DNA of 64,000 nucleotides from the NCBI GenBank assembly GCA_046563655.1, contig CM102285.1:7192001-7256000 (forward strand), written 5' to 3'. Shown here piece after piece: positions 22,801 through 36,730 of the stretch (positions within the stretch are counted from its first letter, which is position 1; each line of letters begins with the position of its first letter). The stretch comes from Yuukianura sp. NJ FZ-2021 (Eukaryota). Made by a program: the position numbers and the translations under genes. The notes below the pieces were generated by a model. That model saw only the letters and a program-made list of their open reading frames with translations. It made no database searches and had not been told where the DNA came from.

Positions 22801-25479
22801 GCATCCAATTTATTCCTTATTTCCAACTTGGAATTATTAATACTACGCGTCTCCCGGGAGTTCGTGGAGATTCTATTGCTTCCCTTCCTTTCTCTATGGA
22901 GTTCAATCCCGATGACATTTTGCCTGAAAAGTTGAGAATCGCAATAGAAGTATGCATAACTTGTAATGATTGAAATTTAAATGATATGACATCGGAAAAA
23001 TGAAAGAAATCAGGAGCCTTCTCGTCTGCTTTTCAAAAATGAGAACGTTCGAGGCAACATTTCTTCAAGATAATGCAGCCCTTGCACTTATCAGGACAAA
23101 ACAGGCCGAGTTCAAGAATTCGCTTTACCAAACCGCTTTTAACATGTTTGAATATTTTTTTGTTTTTAAGTTGTTTTGAATTCTAGTCTAATGTTAAAAA
23201 CTCCTGCATATGTAGCTTGGGTTTTTGGAACAAATGTTTCCGTATTGTCAAGCAAAAGTATGCAGGAGCCAATTTTGCTCATTTTCCTTTGAGAAAAGAA
23301 GAGTCAAGATCGAGAGAATGTAAACTTTTCTCCAACTGTACCTGTCCCACTGTCTTTTTTATTTAATGAAGCTGTTGAAAAATGGGCTTGTCGAGTTTGC
23401 CATTTTTCGAAAAAAGAAATCTAAAAAAACTGGCGTCCTTGTTCTTTTCAATTTTCTAAAAATGAAAACTTTCTTCCTTCTGCTTGGTTGCTTTCCACTT
23501 GAACGTTCTAAAAGTTTCTATTTCATACAGGATGGGTTTTATATTTGTTTACCCACTTTTCACTTCCTCTCACTCTTCTCATTTAAAACGCATGCGAGAC
23601 TTTCCTTTCCTTTCACTTGGGTAAACAAATATAAAACCCACCCTGTACTTCTTCCAACACCTTAACATGGTGGAAAGCATTCCTTCATGCTGTTCTACTA
23701 ACCTAAACAAAAGTATTTCGCAATATGTTGTCATAACTAACTTACGCCGTATTCTTCCACCTAGAAATTATCAAGTCGTACGTGCCGGCCCGTTCATCAG
23801 TTTCACCTCTGAGAGTTCGCCGTGGTTAATCTCAGCTCTAAACAGAGACTTGCTAATTAATTGCAAATTTTTTGACTAATTGTTCGTGTGGAAACAAATT
23901 TTTTGAAATGGGGGAATGTGTAGGATAAACGATAGTCATTTGTAGAATAAGCGGAAGGTGTAAATCTTTCTCTCGGAGCCCGGAAGATTCTCTCCTGTTT
24001 ACTTTATTAGCAATAGTCTCAAAAGAACACACTCGGTTTTCAGCAGTTCAGCAAACAGAAGTTCATGGTTTTTTCTATTGCACCAGGAACATACAGAGTA
24101 AAAGGAAACGAGTTTTCCATGGAGCGGAACACTGTGGAGTCAGAAGGAGACGTGTTTTCAACGGTGTGCTTTGTACCACTAAAAGAGAAGTGAAAAGTGA
24201 AAGCACGGACCGTAAATCAAATCATGTCTCATCACACAAAGAATCCGCTATCCCCTTCATTTTCTGCTACTTTCACCGCCACTTCCACTTTCAATCCTCA
24301 TTTGGGATGTAATCATTGGAAGTTCTGGATGCCCTACCAGGGACTTCCAGAAATTACATATAGTGGTTAGGCCAAGCATCATCCATAGTCAGTTTTTACG
24401 ATTCCAAGGCACGCAGAGGTTTCTTTTCACCATTTCTTGGCACCCACATGGTTTTTGCTCACTCAGCATCACTAACGCATGGATGACCGAAAACTCATGT
24501 TGACGTTATGTCCTGGACTTCTTTGCTCGTCGACCACTGACCGACCGGTTTAAGCCAGGAACTACCATGAGTTCGAAATTCCGATCCAGGCGGTGCAAGG
24601 CTTACACGTTTGTTTGTAATAATCTCAATTCTCATACTTTTGAATTTAAAGATTGTCAGGTTAGATTAGGGAGGATACTCCATCGAGGAAGTCCTTCTAT
24701 GCAATGGAGTTAGTTTGTCAGCCAGTAGGAGGGGAGTTAAAATGTACAACGCCCATGTCCATAAATTCCAAAGTGGCTACGTTTCTTTACACTATTTCCT
24801 CCTTGTTTCATTTCGTAAAAAACATGAAAATCTTGTTTGAACAATGAACAAAGAATCACCAGTTTCCTACTTGTTGTTTCCCTCTTGTTCTACACACTTT
24901 TGCTTTTCGTTTCCCAACAAACACACCACACCCAAATATTTCCACTGTAGCATTAAAGTAAGTTGCATGTCTGGAATCAATTACGAAATAAGTTCCTAAA
25001 CTCCCTTCAAGGTTCTTGTGACACTCCCCAACGACGCCGTTAATTTTGCTAATTTCAAGTTGATTGGTTTTAGAGGAGTTAACACAACACAGTTCGTGTG
25101 AAATAGAAAACTGACAAAAGCAAAAGAAGTGCTGTAAAAAAAACGTGAGTTGTTTTTATTTGGTTCGAAAAGCAGTAGGAAATTAAAACAATTGGGTCGA
25201 AACTTATTATTTTATTAAACTTTGGTTTCTCGAAACTACAGCGATGGTCGCATTATAAATTATAATGGTGTAGTGTAATCCTTTCAAACTATGCGTATAC
25301 GGTTTATTCAACAAAAGGATGAGCAAAGAAATTAGTCTTTTGGAAGTAGAATGTATTTTGGGATGGTACTGTAAAGTACGTTGACGTTGACCTGCATCCC
25401 ACGCCGAGCAAGGGTCAACCACAACGTCGTAACCTAACAGAGTTTGGTAGGTTAGGTTAAGTAAACGTAAAATTCCAAA

Positions 25480-28052
25480 TTAAACTTTCTTGGAAGTAAT
25501 CCAAGTGTAGAGGGAGAGTAGAACAAGGTAGCCGCTCGCTTCAGCTTTCGTACCTAGAAACAGGAAAACTAATTAGACACGGCATTCAAAAAAGTCTTAT
25601 AGTTAAAATCCAACATAATCCTGAACTTAGGATGCACCGATTTTGGAGAAAAAAAATGTATTTTGTTCAAAAATAAAAACATATTTAAAAAAATTGCTGT
25701 TCTGTTTGCTTAAAAAATTTTGCTTGACTATATTTTTTGAAACTTTACATATACATTTTCCAGGAGACTTAAAATTTTGAGATATTGTTCAATTTCAAAT
25801 ATGCCATGCGCAAAGCTAAGAGAGTTACTCCATAAATGTGTAAAGTTTAAAAATGAGGTTAATTTACCTATTACTTATCTAATGTTTCAACGACTGAAAA
25901 GTATTGAATTATTCTATTTAAGTCTTGTTAGTATTATAAAGGTGGAAAACCTTACTACTTGAATTCGGTTTTTGAGTATATCCGATCCCAGTAAAAGTGT
26001 CTGGATAATTCTGGTGCTTGATTGTAACCTCCGTTGAGTACACTTTGGTCAGGTTACCCACCTTGGCTGAGCATTTGACCTTGATGGCCCCTTGACGAAA
26101 GTGTTCGTTCCTCACCGTAAACTTTAAACCCAGCGTTGAAGTGTAAAGTTCCATTAACTCATCGTTACGTACCCAGTTGTCACGCTCTGGAACATAAGTT
26201 ATCACTTCTGGACTATTAACCTACAAAATAAGAACGATTCCAAAATCATTAATTAGTTTAAAAACGTGAGGTTAGGAAAATTTTCGTTAGGCTACAATTT
26301 TGTTTAATATTCTTTGCTGGGTTAAGAACGGATTTTTTTAAACTGATCCTTGCCACGTAGACACACGGAAGGAAGGAAGCAATTGCGTGCCCTGCTAACT
26401 TCAGCCAACCAAGCATCGTAGCCACGTACAAGATTCGTGAAGTTTTTTTCTTGAACTTCAATACACATGCTTCTTCCTCTTTTCAAAAAACAGAGTGTAA
26501 AGTATAACTAAATTATTTTCAAAAAAAGGGAACCGCATGGCTCCATACACCAAAAAAATTGGAAACTTCATAAACGTGATTGCTACTTTCAAATCTTTTG
26601 GGATCGCGCTGCTTCGTTGAAGAAGCAAAGGCGGTAAGGGGAAAGTTCTTAGAAACTTTGAAGTGGTTAGCTGAGATGATGCGAAGGACGTGTTATACCT
26701 TGTGGCTGTTGATATAGAAAGTAAGTGTAGCGGGAGGACTACTTCTGAAAGACGTGCAATTCCCACTGATTGTTTCACCCATTCGAACGGTCGACGGAAT
26801 ATTGTTGAGGCGTGGGGTCTCCGGATACGGTGGAACTGAAATTTTGTTAATTAAAACCAACAAAATTACATTTAAAAATGGGCCAAAAATGGTTAAAATG
26901 AAGCTAACCAACGATTGTTAGATTGCCATCTCTAGACAAAGTACGATAGGAAGGGCGTTCTGCTGAGACTTCGCATTTGTAGTTCCCACTCGACTGGATT
27001 GTCAGATTAGTAAGAGTTATTCTATTCATTGTGGCGTTACTCTAGAAGATAACATCAGGTCAGGTAAATGTCAAAGACGAATGACTATGCAGTTATGTTA
27101 AATTAGTTCTACCTGGACGAATACTCCTGGGACTTGGAAACGCTGGCTGGGGAGTGCTCTGTTGGGAGAGTAGCTGAAGAACTCGTAGTCATCTTTGTAC
27201 CATTTGACGGACAGCAGTTGGTCAGCTTCAATATCAAAGTCACATCGCAGTGTCACCGACTCCCCGAATACTCCAGTCAGGGGAACAACTACTTCCTCCA
27301 GCCGAAGACCAAGTACAAACACCTCTGTAATTTATAATTCAAAGTTTTGCAGAAAAAAAAACCGGATTAATTTTAACGTTGTATTTGAAAACGAAGACTG
27401 GAAAATTCACAATCTTTCAATGTCGAATCCTCACTTATGTTGATTTTTTTTTTCAAGTTTTTGCGATTATATAAAATATTTTCGACGTTGGATGAATTCA
27501 GTATTCGAAGTTGCAAAAAATTTACCTTTGTTTGCTTTCGCTTCCACTCTAATTAAAAATCAGACTCAAACGCCCGCCTTTTCGTGCCCATTCAATTTCA
27601 AGCTACAACTTCCTATTAGTTGCTGGTTCAATGATCCTAAGGATATTTGGTCCGAAGTAGTAGTTTCATCCAACACGGCACATTGCCTATGACTTAGCCA
27701 GTATGAAGTTGTAGGATAAGAAATAGGCGTGAAAATTATGAAGATTAATGGGAGTGGCGCATGGTGAAAGTAAAGAAATTGGCTGTTCTTGGAGTAACTC
27801 CAAACGGCCATTTCAGCTTGTACCCACAAATTTAAGCGTTATCTTCTTATAATTGCAACGTAGGTATGACCTTTACAAGCAATCAATTCCAAAGTTCAAA
27901 TTAAGAGTTTCAGTTTTACCAACAAACATCTAATACGCTGTTAAACGTTGATTGCCTTAGATTGACTTGCAATTTTAGAGTAAAACCTTACCGTTCAATA
28001 AAAAGTAAATAAAAAGGCCCCCGGATCTGCTCAAATAGGTATTCATATTCAT
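25480..28052 (-). CDS. Beaten-path (Beat)-like immunoglobulin-superfamily protein A, 6 coding exons, ~293 aa
   Basis: Exons 28052-27992, 27324-27113, 27041-26909, 26835-26699, 26220-25956 and 25553-25480 join in frame with GT-AG. Motifs VTLRCDFD, SVKWYKDDYEFFSYSP, SGNYKCEVSAE, GNCTSFRSSPPATLTFYIN and VKCSA; hydrophobic N- and C-termini. Confidence 0.85.
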
Positions 28053-29432
28053 CTGCAAATCTGATTTCTTTAGGAAAAAAAACTTAGGCGTTTGCACTGG
28101 TTTTATGTTCAAAATATTGAAATCAGACTACACGTGAAGACCTTAGTTCAGCGGAGTGGGTGACTTGATGAATTGTTTTGAGCTTTTCACTGAATATTTT
28201 TCTTCATGGGTTCTTTCACTGTACAACGTTTTTTCTAATTAATTTTAGGAGTGACTCCAGTACCTTTGTTTAACTTGAAGCCAAGTTTTTAAAATTCACT
28301 GTGGAGTCCGAATGGAACTCAAATACAATTCAGCTAAGTTCACTCAAATCCTCGAATTTTTCAACCACGACACACGACTCGTGCATCACGAATCGTACGC
28401 TTAACACGAATCGAAGAACGTTTTTTCAATGCTCATAGTCTGCAACCAGAAAAAAACGTCTGCGGTTTCGCAAATGTTTGACAAAAGTCAAAAATTTAAA
28501 CTTTCACGGTCTGCATAACGGAACTTTGGTTTTGTGACAAGCTGTAAAACTTGTGGCTCCAGTCGTCTGAAAAGCAGAATTGACACTGACTTTGGAAGTG
28601 ATCAACTTTCACTTCGAAATCCCCTTCTCTTTGCGATCCTGGAACGTGTGCGTGGCTGCGAGAATCCAGATTTTATTTCCACTAGATTTAGAAAGCGACG
28701 CTGGATTCCCTAGCAGCGGATCCCAGCGTCTCCCTGCTTGCTCTCTTAACAGCCTTTGCTTCCACCGCCAACATTCAAACCCGCCGCGTTTCTGCTGAAC
28801 TTTCTCTGGCTCCAGTTCGAGTGCACTGCTGGAGCGCAGACAAAAGTCGTTGCTGGAGAAAGCACTTGTGCCCTGAGAAGTAATGAGGAGAAAGTTGCCA
28901 AGTCCGCGGAATTTTCTGCCCATTGCCTCATTCCAGCCAATTTGAAATTTCGCGCGCAATATGATTATGCTTGGAAGTGTGAGTTAACATGATATATATA
29001 TATATTTTTTTTTTAAATCTAACCGATGAAAAACTGAACTTGGTGTTTCGAAGCTGCTTGAAAAGCTAAAATTAATGAAAACGTTGTGACGGAATTTCTT
29101 AAAACTTTGGTGCCGATTACATTTTCTGTACGGAGTTTCATCGAGTGGATAATGTTACAACACAGGGGAAATTAAATTATCCACGGTTTTCAAGAAACAA
29201 TGCTCTTTCTTTCTTTTCTGATTTTTAAATTTTTGTGGCTGTGGTTAGTAGTGGGTTTCAGCTAAACTAATTTCATTAGTCCGTGCGGAGAGCGTCGTTC
29301 GTCACTAACTCTTGGCAGAACTGTTCCTTCTGCTTTCACTGAGACAACTGAACAGAATCAGCTCATGGGTAGTAGTCCCACTGTCTCTCAATTCGTTTTG
29401 CAACATTTTACTACTGGAAGAATTAAATTAAG

Positions 29433-31844
29433 TATGGTGGCCCCAGAGTGCCAATGCTGTTTTTCTCATTTTGTAATTCAAAAAGCATTTTCAAATGCAT
29501 TTTCAATTGCATTTCATTTTAAAAAGCATTTTCAAATGCATTTTCAATTGCATTTCATTTTAAAAAGCATTTTCAAAAGCATTTTCAATTGCATTTCATT
29601 TTAAAAAGCATTTTCAAATGCATTTTCATTTGCATTTCATTTTAAAAAGCATTTTCAATTGCATTTCATTTCAAAAAGCATTTTCAATTGCATTTCGTTT
29701 CAAAAACCATTCTCAATTGCATTTCATTTCAAAAAGCATTTTCAATTGCATTTCAATTTCAATTTCAAAATGAAAATGCACTTGGCCCTTCTGGGCTCCT
29801 AATTCAAATTCAATTTGAAAATGAAAATGCATTTGGCCCTTCTGGGCTCCTTATTCAAAAAGTGCGCCTCCTTCATACCATGTGACTTTTTTGTGTCTGA
29901 AAGTGGAAAAGTCTTGAGTTCCTATAGACATCACTAGTGCCAGTTCACAAATGGGCACAAATGCCAAATCTCAAATTATCGAATGTTTTGTTAATTTTAA
30001 GTTTGTATTCTAATTATCTATTCATTTAAATATTAATTTAAATTTTTCATTTCCATATTAATATATTCTACGGTGGTGATTGACGTTCTACTGTAATGTT
30101 TCGATTGAGTTGATCGTGTAATTTACACATGGTTACTGAAATGTCATAAATCTCTACATTGTAATAAGAATTCATAATTAAATTTATTGTAAACTCATTC
30201 CGAAGCGCAAATTCATTTGTTTTTAATTGGCCTTTGACTGCGTTTAGAAAGTCCAACGGACGTAGCTAGGACATTGAGCATATGAAAAGATACTAATTCT
30301 CAAAGCTAACGATTTCTCAAAAACGAAAGGTCAGAATTTGATGACGTGATGCAGGGGCAGTGTTGGCTTATTGTAGTACCTACACAATAAATTTCAGCTT
30401 TCCGACATCTCAACTCTAATTTTCCGATAAAGTGAAATCCTCCTGCAGGAAAACTTAGGTTATTTTGTTTTAGTCAACCCTAATCTTACTTGCCTACCCT
30501 AGCTAAACGAAAACTCAGATTTTCATGTAACTTTAGGGGTATAATTATTAAAGTGCTTAGAGTATCCCCTTTAATTTACAGCTTCGCCACAAGTCGGTTT
30601 CTTGGTGAAATGTTGGTGGAGATAGTGAGTCGACGATGGACTTCGTTAAGATAATAATTCTCAAAGTTAACCGTCGTCGTCTCGTCGACTCACTATCTCC
30701 ACCAACATTTCACCAAGAAACCGACTTGTGGCGAAGCTGTAAATTAAAGGGGATACTCTAAGCACTTTAATAATTATACCCCTAAAGTTACATGAAAATC
30801 TGAGTTTTCGTTTAGCTAGGGTAGGCAAGTAAGATTAGGGTTGACTAAAACAAAATAACCTAAGTTATCCTGCAGGAGGATTTCACTTTATCGGAAAATT
30901 AGAGTTGAGATGTCGGAAAGCTGAAATTTATTGTGTAGGTACTACAATAAGCCAACACTGCCCCTGCATCACGTCATCAAATTCTGACCTTTCGTTTTTG
31001 AGAAATCGTTAGCTTTGAGAATTAGTATCTTTTCATATGCTCAATGTCCTAGCTACGTCCGTTGGACTTTCTAAACGCAGTCAAAGGCCAATTAAAAACA
31101 AATGAATTTGCGCTTCGGAATGAGTTTACAATAAATTTAATTATGAATTTTTATTACAATGTAGAGATTTATGACATTTCAGTAACCATGTGTAAATAAC
31201 ACGATCAACTCAATCGAAACATTACAGTAGAACGTCAATCACCACCGTAGAATATATTAATATGGAAATGAAAAATTTAAATTAATATTTAAATGAATAG
31301 ATAATTAGAATACAAACTTAAAATTAACAAAACATTCGATAATTTGAGATTTGGCATTTGTGCCCATTTGTGAACTGGCACTAGTGATGTCTATAGGAAC
31401 TCAAGACTTTTCCACTTTCAGACACAAAAAAGTCACATGGTATGAAGGAGGCGCACTTTTTGAATAAGGAGCCCAGAAGGGCCAAATGCATTTTCATTTT
31501 CAAATTGAATTTGAATTAGGAGCCCAGAAGGGCCAAGTGCATTTTCATTTTGAAATAGAAATTGAAATGCAATTGAAAATGCTTTTTGAAATGAAATGCA
31601 ATTGAGAATGGTTTTTGAAACGAAATGCAATTGAAAATGCTTTTTGAAATGAAATGCAATTGAAAATGCTTTTTAAAATGAAATGCAATTGAAAATGCTT
31701 TTGAAAATGCTTTTCAAAATGAAATGCAATTGAAAATGCTTTTGAAAATGCTTTTCAAAATGAAATGCAATTGAAAATGCATTTGAAAATGCTTTTTGAA
31801 TTACAAAATGAGAAAAACAGCATTGGCACTCTGGGGCCACCATA
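29433..31844. mobile_element. Fold-back/palindromic element 2 (2.4 kb) with modular tandem repeats in its arms
   Basis: 29433-30636 is the reverse complement of 30682-31844 (45-nt loop). Termini TATGGTGG…CCACCATA; ATTAAG on both flanks. Arms carry arrays of TTTTCAATTGCATTTCATTTTAAAAAGCA, with ~41 bp more on the left. Confidence 0.93.
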
Positions 31845-33036
31845 ATTAAGTTTTTAATCAAATTCAAGATGTTTCTAATTTATTCCTTTGCTCTTCCTCC
31901 AATTTCTTGCCAAAACACTTTTGAGCAACTTCCATCACAGAATTCTGCTGAGAGTTCCCGCACTTCCCTTAAAATCCTGTTAAAGCTAATCCAACTTCAT
32001 AGTTTCCACAACATTAGAAATATACCAAATTATCAATAAAAAAAAATATAGTAAATTTTGGAGCCACTACACTTGTTCAAATTGACCTGTTCAATTATGG
32101 AAGGAAATAATACTTTCAGTGTATTGATATAAGGAAATACAGGGGTACTCAAAAGATTCCTTCGCACTTGTTTTGAAGTAAAATATTTTGTTATTGTAAA
32201 ATCCACAGGCAATTTCACTGATTATAGTTTGTCTCTTTTTAGAAGACACTTTTTGTTTTCGTCGTTTTTTCGCTTCCATTGCGACGCTTATGGAAGAACT
32301 CAGTTTTTCAAACACACTTTCTCCATTAGGTTTGTACACAAAATTTCAAAAAATTCATAATTCCTATGTTAAGAAGGAATAAGACATGGCAACGGTGGGT
32401 CTCGTTTTGCCTCAAATTAATTAATTTCAGGCTTAATAAGTCGTCACAGGAATGACCTAGAAATTTGTACAATAGCTCTAAAAATTCCTTGATATTCGCA
32501 GAATAATTATTAGGGCTCAGAATTTGACTTTTAGCAGCTGAATGATACTAAAAATCCGATACAAAGGTTCAATTTTGTATAAGTATTGTATGACACAAAA
32601 AATTTGGAAATTGGCCCCTAACTGTTATGCGCCATGGTCTTCCGAATTTTTAGACACCTTAAACGCATTTTTAGGTCTTATAAAAAAAAAGTTATAAGAC
32701 AAAACAGATGTAATTCTGACATTATTCAATAATTTGCAAATATCGGCACCGAAATCAACCGTCTCCATGGGCACAAGGTTGTTGTTGAGTCCCAGGTTGT
32801 TTGAATTCCTATCCTGCGAAAAACTTTGGTTTGTCAATCATTGGAAACAGTGCAAGTTTGAGCAGTGATTTTGCTTTGTTACTAATGACAATGGCTGACA
32901 CCAAATCGTAAACAAACGCTGCCTCTTACCCGTCCTTAACGGTCCATAAGGCGACTGGAATTGTTTTCAAATTTGAAAAGTGTCTTCTAATAAAAAGAGA
33001 CAAACTATAATAAAATAATTATTTTACACTTTATAG

Positions 33037-36000
33037 TTTTTTTTTTTTTTTTTTTTTTTAAATTTGAACAAATTCAATATTTTTAATTGACAGAACTGAA
33101 AAAACTTACACCTGCCAGAGGCAGGTTGAGGTATTTAAAGACGTATTGAAAAAATTTTTAAATCATATAAATTTCGTAGAGTTCTTTTCCTGACGGTAGG
33201 GTACCCAATATAGAAGTGGCATTTCCTCTTTGGATGGCAAGGCTAATTCGTTGAAAGAGGAAGGATGTTGCTCGATTGTCACCGGTGGCTTCTGAGAGGC
33301 GATGTCCAATGGAATTGAGTAGACGTCGGCCTTCTTCCCCGTAGACTCCAGTTGTCTCGACTGCAATGATGGAAACAATAAATCGATGATCAAGGTCACG
33401 GTAGAGGTCATGCTTATGGATTTCAGCAACGGCAGCAGGATGACCGAGAACGGAGGATGATGTTGCTAGGTAGGACGCAGCGAAGGTGTCACGGCAGGTA
33501 AAGTCCCAGGCAAGGGAGCGACCGGACTTCCAAGGAATGAGAGTGATTCCATCAGGTCGCTTTCCATCAGTTCTGGAACAGCCGGAAGGTTCTTTCATAC
33601 ATGGTATTCCACTTGTTTGAAGCGATCTTGAAATGATGTCGTTTACAGCGGCGTGTCTTGAATGTCTGCCTGCACTTCTCGTACAGCTTAGGCCGTGCAA
33701 GCCGTTGCTTGATACCAAAGTTCCGCATGGACATCGATGAGGTTGGCAAATTTCGGTGCCTAGCCGCAATCCACAAGAAATTCTGAAGGTTTGGTCTGAA
33801 AGGAGCGTCCCAAGAGGCGAAGATGGAATAGCCAGTAGCCAATCTCCAGAATGAGGGGCGGCTGAAGCAAGCAGTCGTGCTTTATCGATGAGAGTGGTTG
33901 ATTTCTCCAGCAGGTTGGAGTAGATTTTTTCGAAGATCTGAATTTCCCAGAGTTTTTGTATTTTTCCATCTTGCGGCGTTATGAAGTCCAAATTTGACCA
34001 ACTGAGGGAAGCAAGGTCCACTGACTTATCGAAAGGCGAAAGATGTGGTGGAAGGAAGGTAGAAATTAGTTCGGCACAACTATAGACTGAAGCCAAAAAG
34101 GAAAATGTAGCACAGTCCGTCGCGTGGCGAATGCCTAAACCCCTTGATTCACAGGCAAAGAAGACTGCAACCATGCTTCTTCATTCAAACTTGAGTTCAG
34201 GATGGATTCCAACACGGTGCGTAAAGCTGAGTCGTAAGCTTGTAGGAGGTCAGGTTCGAGGAATGCAGGAGAACATCTGACAAAGTACAGAAGTCTTGGT
34301 GTTGAAATTGATGCCCTAAGTAGAAAAAACGCTACATGGGCTGGCAGGCAAGAGAGTCTTGATGAAAGTCTGTTGAAGTCATCAGTTTTGTATTTGAGGA
34401 TACGACGTGAAGATTCTTTGAACAGAGGCGCTCCCAACAGTTCCGTTTGTTCTTTCTCGGGGAAGACGAACTCCGGCGAAATCGATTTGAAGGAGTTTGT
34501 GATTAACTTTTGTTCAGACTGGTCGGCAGACAGAATGATTACTTCGCATTTCTTCATGTTCAAATGCAGACCAAAAGAACTGGCACTAGATTGGATGGTT
34601 ATGAGGTTTTTGAGCACAACATCTGGAGAGTCGCCAATTGTCGCGTCGTCTAAGTACCACGAATTGAATTCGGTCGTTAGGGATGCGGCTAGTGGGTGAA
34701 TTGTTAGTGCGAAAAGTGCAGGACCCAATGGGCAACCTTGTTGGACTCCTAACTTGGACTTGATGCAGCTAGAGTTGTAGAAGAGGTCTGATTCGAACGA
34801 GTATGCTTGAGAGACGAAATTGAAGATTTCTGGTAGATGAGTTTTCACAGCATTCAGCATTTGATCTCTTCTGATAAGATTAAAGGCGTTTCGAAAATCC
34901 AACTTCAGAAGAACCTTGGGAGAGGCGTGATTGGCGTTGCAGAAGATCCTGGCAGCGTGAGCCACGGCTTCGGCTCCGTTCTTGACGCCGACGCCTGTTT
35001 GAATTGGATGTAGGATGGACGAAATGGCGTTCATTGAGCGCGACAGGATTAGCTTCGACACTAGGCGTCTCCAGGTGAGGCCGATTGCAATTGGCCGGAT
35101 TCCACCTTTTTTCTTCTGAATCGCAATAAGGGAAGCACCGAAGAACACAGGCCGGATGTCGACAGGAAGAGAATCATTAGCGATGAGATTGCACAGCTTG
35201 GAAATTGAAGATAGCAGCGCTAAACCTGCATCTCCTGATGATTTTGATGTAAGTTCTTTTAGTATTTGAGGACGAAGCGAGTCAAGGCCACCGGAAGAAC
35301 CATTTGGGAATGAAGAGATAGATTTCAGGATGTCACTTTCTTCGAAAATGATGTTTGTTGGAGAAGGTGGGTCTGGCATGACGGTTGGTAGAGGATGAGC
35401 CGGGTGTAACTCGTGGAGGGCTTCAATAGTGGAGGAGTCATCCGATGCCAAACAGTCATCAGAACAGAGAACTCGAATGGATCCACGAATGTCGCCGTCC
35501 GCTAGTTTAGATTGAACAAGTTTGGAACAATTCCAGTGTTGGGATGATGGCAAGTAGCGGGGGAGATTATGAGTTGATGGTGAGTTGAAGAACGTAGACG
35601 ATGAGGAGGAGAAGCGGTTGACATTTGACTTCACCCATTTGGTCAGATTTGGAACAGGGTCTTCTTTTTTCGGAAGATGTAGTGCTGCATATGGAAAACA
35701 GAAAAGCCTTTCCCACGATTCCGAGGAGTTCTCGGTAACGACTTGTTCTATGACGGCGGAGAGTGTGGATGCCACAACTTGTCTAGCTCCCTTGGGGATG
35801 TGTTTGAGAATTTGAATTGATTTTTTCAAAAGTGCGAGTCGTGAACCAATAGTAAGATCCGGAGATGATGATTGAGCAGTGGGGTCCAAAAATGTAATCC
35901 CAAGATACGATTGTTCAATGTGTTTCCGTCCGCTCGCCCTTGTTTTGGTGATATTTGGAAATATCTTCAAAAGTTTTGAACCCATGGTTGTGTCAGCTAG

Positions 36001-36730
36001 TGGTTTGATATGAATTGATGCACAAAAGCGGTGGTATTTGTCTTTAAATTCCTGCTTTTTCATCAAACCACCGGAGACAAGGCGGATATTGTTTGAGATC
36101 CAGTCGTCACTTAGTTTGGAAATTACAGATTTGCTTCGATTCTCGGAAGTAGAAGTACGATTGGAGAATGTCTGATGTCTGGCTGAATCGTCAACTCCCA
36201 ATCCGCAGTCATCTAATGATGACCCGATTCCGGGAATCTCCACGATTGTAATGTCACGGATCGATGTTTCTGGGTCGTTTTGAACGACATTGGGATCAGA
36301 CGAACAGTCAAAAGTAAAGTTGGTTTGAGAGTCTTGATTCGGATGAATGTTTGAACTGAAGTTTTCCATTCTCTCACTTGTTGTTGTTGTCAAGGTTATG
36401 CGAATGATAATTGTGAATTCGGAATTTTTCGAAGAAAAATTAGTGAAGGCCCAATGTTGTCCAGGAGATAAGCAATTGATGATTTGTTTGTTTGAGTTAT
36501 GATGTCTTGAGAGCGAATTTTGGAGTCAGAATTTCAGGACTTTGGTTGACGAAAGTGGGCCAGTTGACAAGTGTCCGGTTGTAAAATGCATGTAGAAGCA
36601 CATCAAAGGATGCGCGACAATGAGATGAACAATCTGATATGAAAATGATGGACTTTTGTACTAAATTCACTCAGAAAACAATCAAAAACTCGGGAGCGAA
36701 TTTTTGCGTGTCAACAGATTGTTTTTTCTA
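33037..36730 (-). mobile_element. CRE-like non-LTR retrotransposon (RT plus restriction-like endonuclease), apparently full length
   Basis: Poly(A) tail seen as T23 at 33037-33059; TSD candidate TATAGTTT at 33032 and 36731; single long ORF with RT and RLE. Confidence 0.9.
33158..36369 (-). CDS. Non-LTR ORF: RFX-like winged helix, RT, CCHC finger and PD-(D/E)xK endonuclease; one frameshift at ~34140
   Basis: Motifs IRPIAIG, KLDFRNAFN, GVQQGCPLGPALF, WYLDD, CPCG…HGLSC, RHAAVND, KRPDG…AWDFT and AVETTG. The conserved LP…GGLG is broken by a G4 run where G5 would restore the frame. Confidence 0.9.

Noticed and set aside
24540..24600. GAGTTCGAAA as the B-box of a tRNA or SINE
   Set aside because: No matching A-box, cloverleaf or tail could be built.
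29470..29770. Regular short repeats resembling a CRISPR array, and ORFs over them
   Set aside because: Units are contiguous with no unique spacers, there are no cas genes and the context is eukaryotic; the ORFs are repeat translations.
34135..34174. Programmed frameshift between the two LINE ORFs
   Set aside because: The break falls in a G homopolymer within the conserved GGLG motif; a 1-bp deletion or sequencing error is simpler.
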